Source: Girardia tigrina (lineage: Eukaryota). From it: a DNA stretch of 54,513 nt. The notes under the pieces were generated by a model. The model did not search any database. It was not told the origin of the DNA and saw only the letters and a list, made by a program, of their open reading frames with translations. How positions within the stretch are numbered: position 1 is the stretch's first letter; each line of letters starts with the position of its first letter. The DNA lies in NCBI GenBank assembly GCA_001938485.1, contig MQRK01253783.1, forward strand, positions 4,482 to 58,994, written 5' to 3'. A program made the position numbers and the translations under genes. Of the stretch, positions 41,401 to 53,999 are shown piece by piece.

Positions 41401-44400
41401 GATAAGCAAATTTTATTTATATAAACTAATACAGATAACAATGATGTTGAGTTTTGGAATAAAGAGACATTCGATATTCCTCCGGTTTTAACTAAGCATC
41501 TTAATCGGTAGTTTTGATATTATAATTAATATTTTATTTCAGAAATTTCTAGAGTTAAAATAGTTCAAGCAGATATAATTTCATTAAATTTAAATCCCGG
41601 CTCCTCTGAAAGTATTAATTAGTGTTAGGTTTGATCTTTAATTTACGATTCGCATTGTACAGAGAAATGTATACGGAATCGAGTGTTTCATATGACGATT
41701 CCCACCAACTGGGATAAGCACGACATCATAGTCTATCTTGCTAAAACACTGAAAAGTAAAAAATAAAATCCTTATGTAAAAGAAAAAAAAACATTAATAC
41801 GCGTCTTAGAATCCGAGGAAATGTTATATGAAGAATTGGAAATGAAATGGTTAAATTGCTCGTCACTTTGTATAAGGATCCCAACTTCCATTGATTTTAA
41901 TGATGGTTAATGTTTATTTTATCATTATTATTTCTATCATTATTACTAATAATTATTTATTGTACATTGTTTTATTATAGTTATGAATAATGTCTCATTC
42001 AATAATACTTAAAATAATTTTATTACAAGATTATCGAAATTTATGATGAGAAAATATTTTCGTTATTAAAAAGTGAACGCCATTTTTCACAATTTATTTT
42101 CGTAATTAATTTGCGCGGATTACCCAGTGCCATCTTCAGACTAAATTAACAATGGCTATTTGCAGCTTATATATGAGAAAGGTGATTATGTAATCAATCA
42201 TGTAATAATGACTCTATTTGAAAATGTTTAACAGAGAAGTTGAGTGTGAAGCTTGAATATTAATTTTTGGATCCATGGATCTTATTAATAAGGCCTCACA
42301 CGTTATTCTCTCCCAGTAATTTTAAATCGATTACACAGAATTTGAAAATCATTTTCTCCGATTTTCTTTTTACATTTTAAATTATGTTCGGCAATATTGC
42401 TCCCATTATCCAACCGACTATGCTCTTTGATCCGTTTGCAGAGATGACGAGATGTCTCTCCAATGTATGTGGCGTTACAGCCATTACATGTATATTTATA
42501 AACAAGAGCGGAGCACAAACCGAGAAGAGTGGGAGATTTATTACTGAACATATCACGAATTCTATATGATTGGGAAATAATTTTTAGATTCATGATATTT
42601 GGGATCAAACTTTTCAAAATTGATGATTTTAAATGTTTAAAACCCTCTGAATAAGGAATCGATAAGATATACCTTGATTCAAGTGGGTTATAATTTGTAT
42701 TAGGGGAAATGGTCGGTTGGATAATGGGAGCAATATTGCCGATCATAATTTAAAATGTAAAAAGAAAATCGGAGAAAATGATTTTAAAATTCTGTGTAAT
42801 CGATTTAAAAATTACTGGGAAAGAGTGACGCATGATGCCTTATTAATAAGATCCATGGATCCAAAAACTAATATTCAAGCTTCACACTCAACTTCTCTGT
42901 TAAACATTTTCAAATAGAGCCATTATTACACGATTGATTACATAATCACCTTTCTCATATATAAGCTGCAAAAAGCTAGTGTTAATTTAGTCTGAAGATG
43001 GCACGGGGTAATCCGCCGAAATTAATTACGAAAATAAATTGTGAAAAATGGCGTTCACTTTTTAATAATTAATATCAGTTGCCATTATTTTTTACATTCC
43101 TTAGAAAATATTTTCGACTGTCGATTTGTATCGCAACTTGTTGAGATGTTTTTCCAACTGGTTTTTCTCACACATTTTGTGATTTTATTCTAAATTTTTC
43201 ATTATTCTTCCTTTTCTTTCAAAAAAATTGTATTATTACCGTATTTCTTCTACTATAGCGACAGTACTTAATTAGAGCGCCATTAAATACGCTCTATTAG
43301 ACAGGCCTGGTAACAACCATTTAAAAAATAAATAATCATCCAAATCATCATTTGGCCCCTATCCAATTTTGGCGAGTTATCCAACTTACTGTATCTTCGA
43401 TTTACTATGAGGTGATGTTGTGCAGCAAATCGGCTGTCATGCGTAAGTAATAAAGTGTGTGTATGCGTAACACACCGCCCGACACCTACAATAATCTCAC
43501 TTTATGCCTGTACTGATTGGTGCTTCTAAGCTAAAAGCGTGTACAGTTACCTACCATTTGCTTTCTGGTATGACAGATTGATATTGATTCATTGTTGTGT
43601 TTTACCAACGAATATCATCAACATTGGAGATAAAGATGAATGGAATAAATATGAGGCAACTCTCACTTCGAACAATCATCGTTATAGGACTTCATACACA
43701 CTTGGATTCAAGTTAAGTGTAACAGAGAATGCCAAGACTTCCAACAGCTCTGCATCCAAACATTTTGAAATTAGTCGATCTGTCATCATCGAATGGGGAA
43801 ACAAGAGAAACAATTACAAAATGAGATCCAAATATTTCCCCAGACAAGCAAGAGTGTACCTGTGTGGTGGAGGAAGGAAACTGACTTCGACTGAATTAGA
43901 GGAATTATTTGAGTGATATGAGGAAAAATATAGAAAAGAAGAAAGACGACTGGTGGATAAAGCCAGAGCAATCTATAACCGTAAAACAGCGGTTGGTAAG
44001 AAACTGAAAATGAAGTTTTCAAAAGGTTGGTTGGAAAAATTACATTGTACAGCATCGTACCACAACTATTTGCTAAAAGCCACCCCATGACTATATTTAA
44101 AAGCTTGTGTCCTTTATTCCCTTTATTTCCCAAAAGTGACAGCAAGACAACTGTTTGAAATCTTTGAAGGTAGTTTTAGCATCCCCTTGATTTTTGAAGT
44201 ATTTCTCTTGGAGGAAATGTCAAGATGTTTGAAAAAGTGATAATCAGTAGGTGAGAAGTCAGCAAAATATATAATCTAGATCCTTCAAATGACTCAAAGT
44301 GTCGTAGTTAAGTTCGTTCAACAGTTGCATTGTCAGACGTGCGATGAGTGACCGAGCGTTGCCGTGGAGAAGAATTGGCCCCTTTCTATTGACTAATATT

Positions 44401-46772
44401 GGTTGTTGGAGTTTCTGGTTCATTTTGACAATTTCCTGACAGTATCTCTGCCGTAATTGTTTCTCCTGGATTTAGGAAGCTATGATGAATAACACCGGTT
44501 CCAATCCACCAAACAGTCACCATCATCTTTTTTTTGGTACGATCTCGGCCTCGGAAAGGGTTTGCGGAGCTTGATCGTTGTCCAACCATTGAGAAGAACG
44601 TCTTCGATTATCGTAGAGAATCCATTTTTCATCACTCGTTACAATTCGGTCGAAAAACGGATCATTCTTGTTCCGCAGAAGAAATGAAGACGATACCTCA
44701 AAACGACGCATTTTTTGATTGTCATTTAATTCGTATGGAATCCAGTTTTCCCGACTTCCCAATGTCACGTAGATGGTTTGAAATTGTTCCTATCGTGACA
44801 CCTAGTTCCTCCGCAAGCTATCGAACTGTTGTGTGTGGATTTGCTTCTACTAGATCCTTCAAATTTTCATTTTCAATAGCAGGTTTCCGTCCACGCCCAT
44901 CATCACCTTTGAGGGTCTCATCTCCTTCTTGAAATTTTTTGAACCAACTTTGTAACACGTTCGTTTGTGGTTCCATCGCCCAATGTACCGTTAATATTAC
45001 GGGCGGTCTCCGATGCTTTGTAGTCAAGTTTGAATTCATATAAAAAATTGCTCGTAATTGCGCTTTTTGCATATTGACAACTATTTGAATAAACACGATG
45101 TTTTCAAGTTAATATTTAAACAAAGTATCATAGAAATACAGTCGAACCTCTATTTAACGAAGTGGAAGGGACCAAAAAAATACTTCGTTTAATGGAGGTA
45201 AGTCTTTTTTTCTATGCGATATCAGTGGCCAGGTTGATAGCTATTCGCTAATTTAATTTTAATTGGGAACCCTCGATAGTTTAATTAAATTTCATGTTCT
45301 CGCAAGTGATAAAAAAATAAAAAAGGTTTTGTGAATTATTTATTTAACAATAGCAGCACAAGTACTGATCAGAATGAGGGGACATTACATGTAATACAAT
45401 GTCATCATGAGAAAAAATCTATGATTTTTGTCTGCTGCAGAAAAGTTGCACGTTTTTAACCAATAATTTGTTCAAGTTCATCAATTTATCAATCCCACAC
45501 TTGAAATTTTCAAGTATTTAAAATATCTAAAATTTTTCAACGTGGCATTGACTTCGTTAAACAGAGGTTAATTTACATCTAAAATTTTTGTTCGGTACTG
45601 GAAAATGTTTTGTTAAATAGCGGTCTTCGTTAAAGGGAGGTTCGTTAAATAAAGGGAGAAATATATGAGGATTTCTGTAGTCTTAGTCGGGACAAAAAAT
45701 ATGCTTCAATAATTGGAGACTTAGTTAAATAGAGGTTCGACTATAGAGTTTTTCATGAGCTTTAAAATTATGTATAAAACATAAATAAATGATAAAGATT
45801 TATTTCAAAACACGATCAACAATCAGGACTATTCACAAAACTACATTATTTATTAAATAGCTATTCGTTAATTTAATTGTAATTGGGAACCCTCGATAGT
45901 TTAATTAAATTTCATATTCTCGTAAGTGATTAAAAAACAAAAAAGGTTTTGTGAATTATTTATTTAACAATAGCAAGAGAACTCACACATTTGACAGAAC
46001 ATCAATCAATTTTCAATATATCTCATTATAATCTGAACTAACTTGAGAAGATTATTTTAATTAAAAATATTTACTTTAAATTTTATTGGCTGAAATAAAA
46101 TTTTATATAGTCATTTTTTAATATTAATTTGATTTTAATTATTTAAAAATTTATAAAAATAAAATCAATAAACTTATTTAAAAGTTGCAGTAATAAAAAT
46201 TAAAAATTTGAATATTAAATCTAAATTTAAATAAATTAGTTTCAGATTATAAAAAATTAGATATTGATAATCCATCTGGTTAGGAGAGACACAATCCCAA
46301 ATCAAACTACAACATTTAAACATACAAACACTACACAAAAACATCCACACACCAAATATTCCTCACAAACCTAATATACATATTTTTGTACCTCGAAAGT
46401 TAATTATTTGATCTTTTTTTACGCTTCTGTTTAATTAAACATAAATGATAACGGACAATTTTAGTCCGACTCCGCAACCCTATGTGATATATAAACGCTA
46501 AACTAAAGTCTGATGACGGTTGATCCGTCGAAATTGATCAGAATATTTTTTTATTTAAGTTCTTTCTTTTTTTCTGATTTTTATTCCGTGGAATTTCTCT
46601 ATTCATCACACATTTATTACTTGACCAATTTTCAGTCCCAACGGAATCAGTTGATCAAGAATCACCAGTGAAAATTGTTCCATTTTACAAATATTTCCAA
46701 GTGCAGGACACCGAATCCGATCAAATTGACGAAGATGGTTTTGTTTTAAAGAAACGAAGACGACGGAATTAA
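29472..46772 (+). CDS. PARN: PARN-like, copy 2 (tandem paralog); 17 exons, 538 aa, ORF intact
   Basis: Same exon sizes as copy 1: 29472-29490, 29543-29753, 29990-30126, 30977-31106, 31624-31731, 31778-31922, 31988-32044, 32089-32166, 36116-36159, 36209-36251, 36307-36379, 41271-41384, 41435-41507, 41553-41611, 41663-41755, 41810-41905, 46636-46772. Catalytic IDTE, HNGLLD and HNAHYD retained; no stops. Confidence 0.9.
30151..30934. mobile_element. TIR-bounded insertion in intron 3 of PARN copy 2
   Basis: GTGTACTTGGTTATCGGTC / GACCCATAACCAAATACAAC inverted ends; flanking duplication AAACAATTTTTT / AAACGATTTTTT; removal restores a 54-nt intron resembling the 49-nt copy-1 intron. Confidence 0.7.
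32561..33441 (-). mobile_element. 5'-truncated RLE-type non-LTR retrotransposon (R2/NeSL/R4-like)
   Basis: CRKCGLKLETPSHILNHC knuckle, KHNKI, DI..IIDVKSPWD, FPFVVGCLG; (TTAAA)n tail; flanked by direct repeats 32397-32560 and 33442-33603. Confidence 0.88.
34008..34889 (-). mobile_element. Tigger1/TIGD1-like element, internally deleted
   Basis: TIR CACCAAAGCCCCGCT, TA TSD; WRKLCPECV, IEELLDSH, DPNHERS..CYKEIYAEKK. Confidence 0.85.
36626..37703 (+). mobile_element. Tigger element, internally deleted
   Basis: TIR CAGTCCACCCTCG, TA TSD; FKASNGWMENFKKR, GESRS, VWNCDETGL; KTITDYF tail. Confidence 0.9.
38469..39270 (-). mobile_element. Mariner (DD34D) 3' half
   Basis: TTGAGTTAGCCAAAAAGT terminus; MLSVWWD, QHDNARSH, HPPYSPDLAPSDFHLF. 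Confidence 0.9.
38857..39061. mobile_element. 205-bp Tc1/mariner MITE nested in mariner
   Basis: ~44-bp TIR CAGGGTGTCCCAAAAATATGTATACACA, TA TSD. Confidence 0.9.
39500..41010 (-). pseudogene. Degenerate MULE-like transposase
   Basis: Manual translation: LISEASEVIRGAF..IMCWTHV, PYTNNALESFN, KHVICLA, KVGRPKRA. Boundaries approximate. Confidence 0.6.
42063..43068 (-). mobile_element. Penelope-like element 3' fragment with inverted pLTR
   Basis: GIY-YIG LVYKYTCNGCNATYIGETSRHLCKRIKEH; inverted arms 42063-42418 and 42712-43068. Confidence 0.92.
42985..43034 (+). ncRNA. Minimal type I hammerhead ribozyme motif (Penelope pLTR)
   Basis: tttagt-CTGAAGA-t-GGC..GCC-GAAA-TTAA-TT-acgaaa; the inverted copy near 42097-42146 has a broken core (GCGCAAA). 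Confidence 0.75.
43239..44080 (+). pseudogene. pogo-like transposon 5' remnant
   Basis: TA-CCGTATTT terminus; RTSYTLGFKL..ASKHFEISRSVIIEW..GGGRK. Confidence 0.65.
44130..45860 (-). mobile_element. Mariner, degenerate, with nested Tigger
   Basis: WIPYELN, IVTSDEKWILYDN, KKMMVTVWW, GRGRKP. Ends approximate. Confidence 0.88.
45139..45743 (-). mobile_element. Non-autonomous deletion derivative of the 13875-16356 Tigger
   Basis: Same TIR and flanking sequence; shows the empty TA site of the DD37E insertion. Confidence 0.9.
45980..46367 (-). mobile_element. Truncated Gypsy LTR, close copy of 6436-6898
   Basis: High identity, with a deletion in the U5 part. Confidence 0.85.
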
Positions 46773-48007
46773 TTTTGTGACAATCCATTGATTATGGACT
46801 TGTATACGTCTGTGTTTTGTAAATATATTCGCATACTTGTTGCACTCGAATCTTTTGCTACTTGATCTCAACATGGTGTTTGGGACTCATGGAGTATTTT
46901 TGCAGTTGTAATTTTTCTTATTAGTGTTTTGTGAGACTTAACGTTTTGGAACACAATGATTAATTTTTTGTAAATGATTAATCTTTTCAGAATGAATTTT
47001 GTGTGTATATTGTGACTAAAATATCATGACTTTTCTTGGCAATAGATTTTATTTCAAATAGTTAATAAATCAGAGCATATTTTCAAGTTCGATGTACTTA
47101 TATCGATATAAATATCTTTTATTTTATAATATCTTCTCCTGCCCAGAAAGGACTATCTAATGCTGAAAGCGACGAAGCCAATAACTATTTGTAATAATTG
47201 TTATCATGCCCACTGTTGGGACTAGTGAGTTTTTCCTTCGTGTCATCCTCGTGCCTATTCATTGCACAGGCACCGAGGCAGGCGATGGAAAAACTCCCTA
47301 AATCTAAAAAAACAGAAAATATTATAATTTATAATTAATTAATTAAAAAATAGAAACTTTTAATTGGTTTTGACCCTTGGATCCTGTCGATTTGAATATT
47401 TTCTTGTGAGAATTTGATGGCCTGATTTGTTGACGTGGGTTTGATCGGAATTTTGGCCATCTCCGGGTAGTTTCTATCTGAGGACTGTTGACTTAGTGAA
47501 GGATAATTGAAGGTTGATTGTGAGAATTGTCTGCTTGCTGGTTCTGTGAGTTTTTGTGACGAAAGATTGGTATAAATTCATCCGAATTTGTGCACTTGAT
47601 CAGACTTTTTATTGAATAAATTTTATTATAGAAAAAGGATTTTTGTTTTGAACTTAGGTAATTTTTGGATTTTATTTCCTTTTTTGAAGTTGATGGAGGT
47701 TGGGGAGCACCTCAAGGCTGCCTATCTGTCGATAGATAACGGTAGGGGCTTATAGTTCCTGCCGAAACTATTGACGATCAGGTAGGGAATATGAACAGGT
47801 TGTGAGGTAATTTGATGACTGCCGATCCGTTACTAGATTAACTACAGGTGCTTGTAGTGCCTGCCGGGACTATTGACGATCTCGAAGTTTGAGAAAGTCC
47901 TTGCCAAGTTTCATTTCTAGAAGAGAATTCGTTTCTCTCAGCCTCCATCAATTATTTTTTGTGTTGTTTCTTTTTTATTGTAATCCACTCATCGTTATTA
48001 TTCAGCA

Positions 48008-48783
48008 TGAATAGAAAAAAATAATGAAAGCCAAGAGCAACAAAAAGAACTGCTGCTGGAGTTGCAGAAATGGAAAGGCGAATGTGCCAAGCTGAATGCC
48101 GAATTGACGAAGAGGACAACCGAATTTGAAGACTACAGAAAGAATTCCGTTCCTCTATCATTCACAAACCGGTTGTGGATAAATATTTGTTAGGACAACA
48201 AAAAATAAAGTCCTTGCAAAACGAGGTCACCGAGATGAGAATTCAACAAAATATGTCCAGCTACTACAAGAAGGTGATCGAAAAAGTCTCGGAAGAGCAA
48301 CCGGAAACAATTCTAGATACAGCAAGCAAGATTGGGTCAAATACGGAAAAGAAACCTCTGGTGACGAATCCAAACATTTATGGGTCAATATGAAAGGATA
48401 TGGCATCATCTTCCTCTGGGGTGCTCAGCAGATCCCAGAAGCGGCGTGAGCAGAGAACGCGAAAAGCTCAAATGTTTCAACAGGTCAAGAGTGAGCTGCA
48501 AGCTGTTTTTAAAACCAGTCATATTGAGTTTGACGTCCAAGATAGAAAGACGGTAATCAGAAATGACACCAGTCAAAGAGAATCTTCTGATTTTGATACC
48601 TCGCATCAAATTTCTTTGTTTCTTCCAACAAATAATTTCCAAGAGACTATAGAACAACAAGAATGGCTGGACCTTAAGTCAACATTTGAAATTCAGAAGG
48701 AGAATCATGACCGCTTACAGTTCTGCTCTATCACAACTGGTAAAGGTGAAGAGTTTGTAAATCTATCAGATTTGGATGACTAA
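48008..48783 (+). pseudogene. Disrupted ORF of unknown origin (coiled-coil N-terminus)
   Basis: ESQEQQKELLLELQKWKGECAKLNAELTKR, then a frameshift into 48175-48393 and the in-frame 48400-48783. Confidence 0.35.
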
Positions 48784-49339
48784 AGACGATGGGTGGATTG
48801 CCTTTGATTAGCATTTTCTTGTGTTATATTTTCATAAAATAATGTCAACATATAATTTGTTCATGTTCTTTTAACTTTAATCTCTGGTATGAAAATGATA
48901 AAATCATAACAAGAAATATAATAGTCAAATCAAAAAGAAACATGTTGAGAAGAAAATAAGATAATCAATTAATTAAATAGAAGTAGCATAAGCCAACTTT
49001 CTTAGACCAATAATATATTTAAATACAATGTAGAACCCAATAGGTACTTCATCAACTTCACTGGCGAGATCAAAGGGCCAGATGGGGTTGATTGGGTACG
49101 ATATGGATCTCCAATAAGTGTAGTTAGGGGGGACACTTAGTGGAGAGACATATCTAAATAATATGTTGGGTCAAAATAAACTAAGATGCTAAAGCATAAC
49201 ATGAAACACATAAATTTGAATTAATAAAATTAAAATAATAATACTCGTATAAAATCTAGCACTAATAATATCACACCCAACACCACAAATACATCTGTTA
49301 ACAAATTGTACGTGAAAATTTAAATTGATTAAGTGTATA

Positions 49340-49478
49340 CAGTTGAACATTTCTAATCCGTCCGTCTTTAATCCGGCAGGTCCGAAAATCCCCATTTTTC
49401 TATCACGGTATTTGTTCTGACTCTCTCTATTCCGGCATATTTTGAAATCCCCTGCCATGCCGGAATAGCCAGGTTCTA

Positions 49479-49481
<3 letters not shown>
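49340..49481. mobile_element. Tigger-type MITE followed by (TA)n
   Basis: Imperfect CAGT(T/A)GAAC TIRs, TA flanks; (TA)n at 49482-49524. Confidence 0.65.
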
Positions 49482-49528
<47 letters not shown>

Positions 49529-49621
49529 AACTACAGCATACAAAAATGAAAAAGAACCAATAATATTTTAACTGTTTTTCTTGTGCAAACGGCATTAAAA
49601 TTTGATTATGGCATAAATATA

Positions 49622-49830
49622 CCGTAAATTCCGGATTGTAAGCCGCACTTAAAAAGCTGAAATGAGTCATAATTTAAGAGTTGCGACTTAAAGTCCGTTG
49701 CGGCTTATACATTTTTATAATGTTTTTATTTGTTTTATAATGTTTATAATTTTTTATATAGTGTTAAAGCTTATAACGTTTTTTTTTGGGAAAAGCAGGC
49801 AATGTGCGGCTTATTGTGCGGAAATTACGG
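49622..49830. mobile_element. pogo-type MITE
   Basis: CCGTAA(A/T)TTCCG...TAAGCCGCAC imperfect TIRs, TA TSD. Confidence 0.75.
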
Positions 49831-49989
49831 TATAGGGGTCAGAAAAATAAAATCATACACAATTACATACATATAAACACATAAACAAAATGAAAAACAC
49901 ATCATACGTACAAAATTTTTTATATTCATTAAGGGCCTTTAACGTTTTAGTAGGGCAAAACTTAAATTTTAAATTAATAAAATTTCAAA

Positions 49990-50724
49990 ATATCAGTGTT
50001 GAGAGACGTGGAGGAAATAAGCCCATCATCATCACTGAAAGTTCTGGAGAGACGTTACTCGACTACCTGGAGGACTTCCTCGAGACAACATTATCAGAAA
50101 TCAAAATGTTTCTGAAAGAAAATACGGGTATCAATTGCTCCATTCCCACAATAAGCAGATTCCTCTCCGGGAAATTTTACACCCTTAAAAAAGTGAGGCA
50201 CGTTGTCGATCAACGAAACAGTGACCGGGTAAAGGAACTCCGATCAGCTAATGTGCTGAGGCTCCTTCATGAAACTTTGAGCTCAAAGTCGTGTATATAC
50301 ATTGATGAAGTGGCCATCAATAAATGCCCTTTTACGCACAACGGCCGATCAAAATGGGGTAATCGGATCTATACCCCAGTCCTAACAGCTCAAGGAAAAA
50401 ATATCTCCCTCATCATGGCCATTTCTACAAGTAGGCCAGTACATTTTAAGGTGATGGTCGGTAGTGTGAATAAAGATAAATACCAAGAATTCATTTCTGA
50501 ACTCGTACTCCACCTTCCTCTCACAAAACATTATTTGATTAATGAATTTACACAGACATTGTCACTCCGAACCATATGAAAGTTCTTTACTTGCCCCCAT
50601 ATCCCCCTTCCTTAATCCCATCGAATCAGTCTTCAGTAAACCGAAGAGAAGTGTTCGATCGGCGTTAACATTAGCGCCAGGGATTTCGGAGATGACCCGA
50701 TCTCAAAGACAGAACCTGCTTTAA
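49990..50724 (+). pseudogene. IS630/Tc1-like (DDE_3) transposase remnant
   Basis: RRGGNKP, CSIPTISR, IYIDEV, GKNISLIMAIS, PISPFLNPIESVFS. Confidence 0.85.
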
Positions 50725-51079
50725 TATATTGGTGAATATTCAAATCTTAGAATATTATCGCCACATCAAAAAATTTTTTCCATCTTCGCTTATGAAAATT
50801 GACATAAACGGAGATTGATTATTGTAAATTTGTAAAAAAATGTATATAAAATGTAAATAAATAAATATATTTATTAAAAAAATCTTACTTATTATTGTTT
50901 TATTGATTTTTTATTGTAATTCAAAATATATCCATTGTAAACGGGTGTACAATAAAGCTGCAATTTTCCAACTGGGTGCATGAAAGTGAAAAAGGTAACC
51001 TACATTAACTATTTAATCTGAGATGTGAAGACATTGACAGTCTAAATATTTGATTAAAGATGATAATTAAATTTCAGCA

Positions 51080-51720
51080 GATATCCTCGATGAATCAACC
51101 CCTTTGATGGGTCAGGCTCTTCTTCGTAACCTATTTTTAGAAATCAGGAAATCAAATATTTTTGCTTTGCTAACTGATGAGTCGAATGATATCAGCAGAA
51201 AAGAGCAGCCTTCTATTGTATCCAGTGGGTTGGTGATAAATTTACAATACACGAAGACCTTATTGGCATGATATACATTAAAAATACAGAATCAAACACT
51301 ATCACATGTGTTATCAAAGATGCTTTGATTTACCTTTTTACCCTTATCTTCTTGTCATGATCAAAGCTACGATGGAGCCACAAACATGATGGGATACCTA
51401 CATGGTGTGGCAGCACAATTTAAAAAAAGAAGAAGTGAAGGCGATGCCCGTTTATTTTTTAGCTCATTGTTTGAATCTTTGTCTTCACGATGCTGCAAAA
51501 ACTTGTATCATTGTTATAGACACCTTTAGTGTCATCCAGGAAATTTTCCATGCTGATTGCCAATTCTCCAAAACGTCACCAAGTTTTTAAGAATGTAAAA
51601 GCAGAACTCTCTTCTAAAACCATTGGTTTGAGGCATCTTTGTTTAACTCAAGCTCAATTCAGTCTGTTTCACATAATTATGAAACACTCAAGTAGGCACT
51701 GGAAGAAATCAATGATAACA
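51080..51720 (+). pseudogene. hAT (ZMYM1-like) transposase remnant
   Basis: FALLTDESNDISRKEQ, QSYDGATNMMG, AHCLNL, SPKR. Confidence 0.85.
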
Positions 51721-51871
51721 ATATATATGATGAAAAAAAAATTTATAACAATCTATTTTTAGTAACTTAAGAATTCTAGAAAATGCAATTTTCAAAATTC
51801 TAAAAGTAAATTTTTACTTTATTTTATATGTTAATATTAAATTTTCTAATTTATGCCTTTTCTGTTGTTTT

Positions 51872-52518
51872 TAGACGCGGGCACGTTTAAAAATTTTTTA
51901 AACGTTTAATCGGTCTTCGTTTAGCAAATTAAACGTTTAAAAAACGTTTAAACGATCTCTAACAGCATTGATAGATGTGGGTAAGTTTTAAAATTTTATA
52001 AACTTTTAAACGGTCTTCGTTTAGTCCAATAATTAGACGTGGGCACGTTTTAAAATTTTATAAACGTTTAAACGGTCTTCGTTTAACAAATTAAACGTTT
52101 AAAATTTTAATTATAAGCTTCATCAAAAACCAATACTTTTTCTTCAATACAATACATCTCGTTTTTTAAAACTTTTTTACTCGAAAAAATTTAGAAAATC
52201 AACAAATATAATTTAAATTTACGTCTAACAAAAAAAATTTACCGGAAATTTTGATGCAATTCTCAAATATGATATTAATGCCACTTTTCATATCTTGTAT
52301 TTATAGTCCCACGAAAAAGCTCAATAGATTGGGACAATGTGTTCTTTACAAATGAATAGGCCTTAGGTAGTGTGATAAAAGTTTCAAAAAAGTGTGAGCC
52401 ATATCGTGAGTTTTGAAATATGAACTTAAAAACTATACGCTCGTTTATAAATTGCTAAACGTCTTAAAAATCGAAAACGTTTAAACGGTCATTTAAACGC
52501 GAAACGTGCTAATCTCTA
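51872..52518. mobile_element. Non-autonomous TIR element (hAT-like) with reiterated left end
   Basis: TAGAC(G/C)..GCACGTTT left and TAGAGATTAGCACGTTT right (reverse complement); many AAACGTTT motifs; left unit repeated near 51971 and 52035. Confidence 0.55.
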
Positions 52519-53999
52519 TACAAGACCGATTACACGGAATAAGCAAATCAATCCAATCAAATCCAACAGAAGCATCAAAGAAGAAAAGCAGGTTACTGTT
52601 GTGATGGCGATTTGTGTGGTGGGGTAAAATTGATCGGCGATACCAGGAAGAAGGAAGACAATCCAATAATTACAAGTAGTATTCAGGTACGGACCGTCGA
52701 TACGAATGTTTAGAAGTGTTAAATTTCCGTTTAATGGATTTATTTGAAAAAGGAAATTAACTGTCCTTTCGCTGGTTGATCAAAGTCCACAGGAACGGTC
52801 TAAGGAATGTTAAATCATGGAACATCCGAACATGGTCGGTCGGATTTTACTGGAGGTTCGAAGAGACATCGTAAGTTAATTTAATTTAATCGCACCGCTT
52901 AAGTGAGGCTTATCGGGGGCTGCTGGTACTTTTTAGTTGAGGTGGACCCTCTGAAGAGCCTTCGGCTCAATATCATTGAAAGAGATAGGAGGCCCACAGT
53001 GTGTGACAGTTAATACCGTTCAATTTAATACTAAAATATTTAAAATTAAAATGAATATTAAATTAAAATATTTTTTATTTTAACTTTTTATTATTAATGG
53101 AAATTAATATTGAATCAAAAAAATCAATTTAAGTTTTTTTAACTTTAGTATACCAAAAAATACCAAAACATTTAATTCGGCAGAAAAAAAATACCGAAAC
53201 AATTAAATTTATAAAAGTTTTAAATGATTAATTTTTTATTAAATTTGAAAAATTATAAATTAAATTTGTTCATTATTTTATTTTAAAAATGATTAATATT
53301 AAGAAATTTGAAAATCTTTTATCAGAAATCTCCATATAAGATAATAATATTAATTTAATTTTCATGTAAATTAATTTAATAAATTAATGGTTTTAGTTTT
53401 TTTTAAGTTTCTCTTATAACTATGACTAAAATAATAAATAATTACTAAATCCTGTATCCAACCACTAAAATTTAACCATCTTATTATTATTCTACAATGA
53501 ACCATAGAAACCAGTATTTTTGCAGTTTCTTGTTACCTGACAATTTTTTTATTTTTTTGAAACAATGAATGTATGAATATTATTCATAATTTATGTAAGG
53601 TAATCGAAGGGGTCACGTACATATTAATCGAAAACACGACAAGGCATAACTAATTTAAAAATTAAAATGACAGCAATGATTCAAAATTCTGCAAATGAAC
53701 GACAAATAAAAATGTAAAAAGTGCCTTGTAATGTAGCCCGTAGCCCGTAAGGTGACATCCGACCCGTAGGGGCTCTACCCCAGGCTATCAGCGTTGCCTT
53801 CCACATCGGTTACCGTGAAACGCTTATTTTCAACATTAAATAAATAGGGGATTCTATTGAGCAGGATTTGTTAGATGCAAATAGAGGACCATTTTGTAAT
53901 GATTTTCTTACAATAAATAATAAATATTTTGATGATTAGATTACATTAATTTTTGTTATTTTTTCAGTGCATATAAAAACATGTATTACTATAAATAAA

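Noticed and set aside
29472-46772. Copy 2 as an uncollapsed allele or pseudogene
   Set aside because: Exons 3-4 and long introns are too divergent for alleles; frame, splice sites and catalytic residues are intact.
49189-49670. YIYIYI ORFs
   Set aside because: (TA)n microsatellite translation.
52945-52990. CTGAAGA-gccttcggc hammerhead candidate
   Set aside because: GAAA does not follow stem II and no stems I/III are evident.
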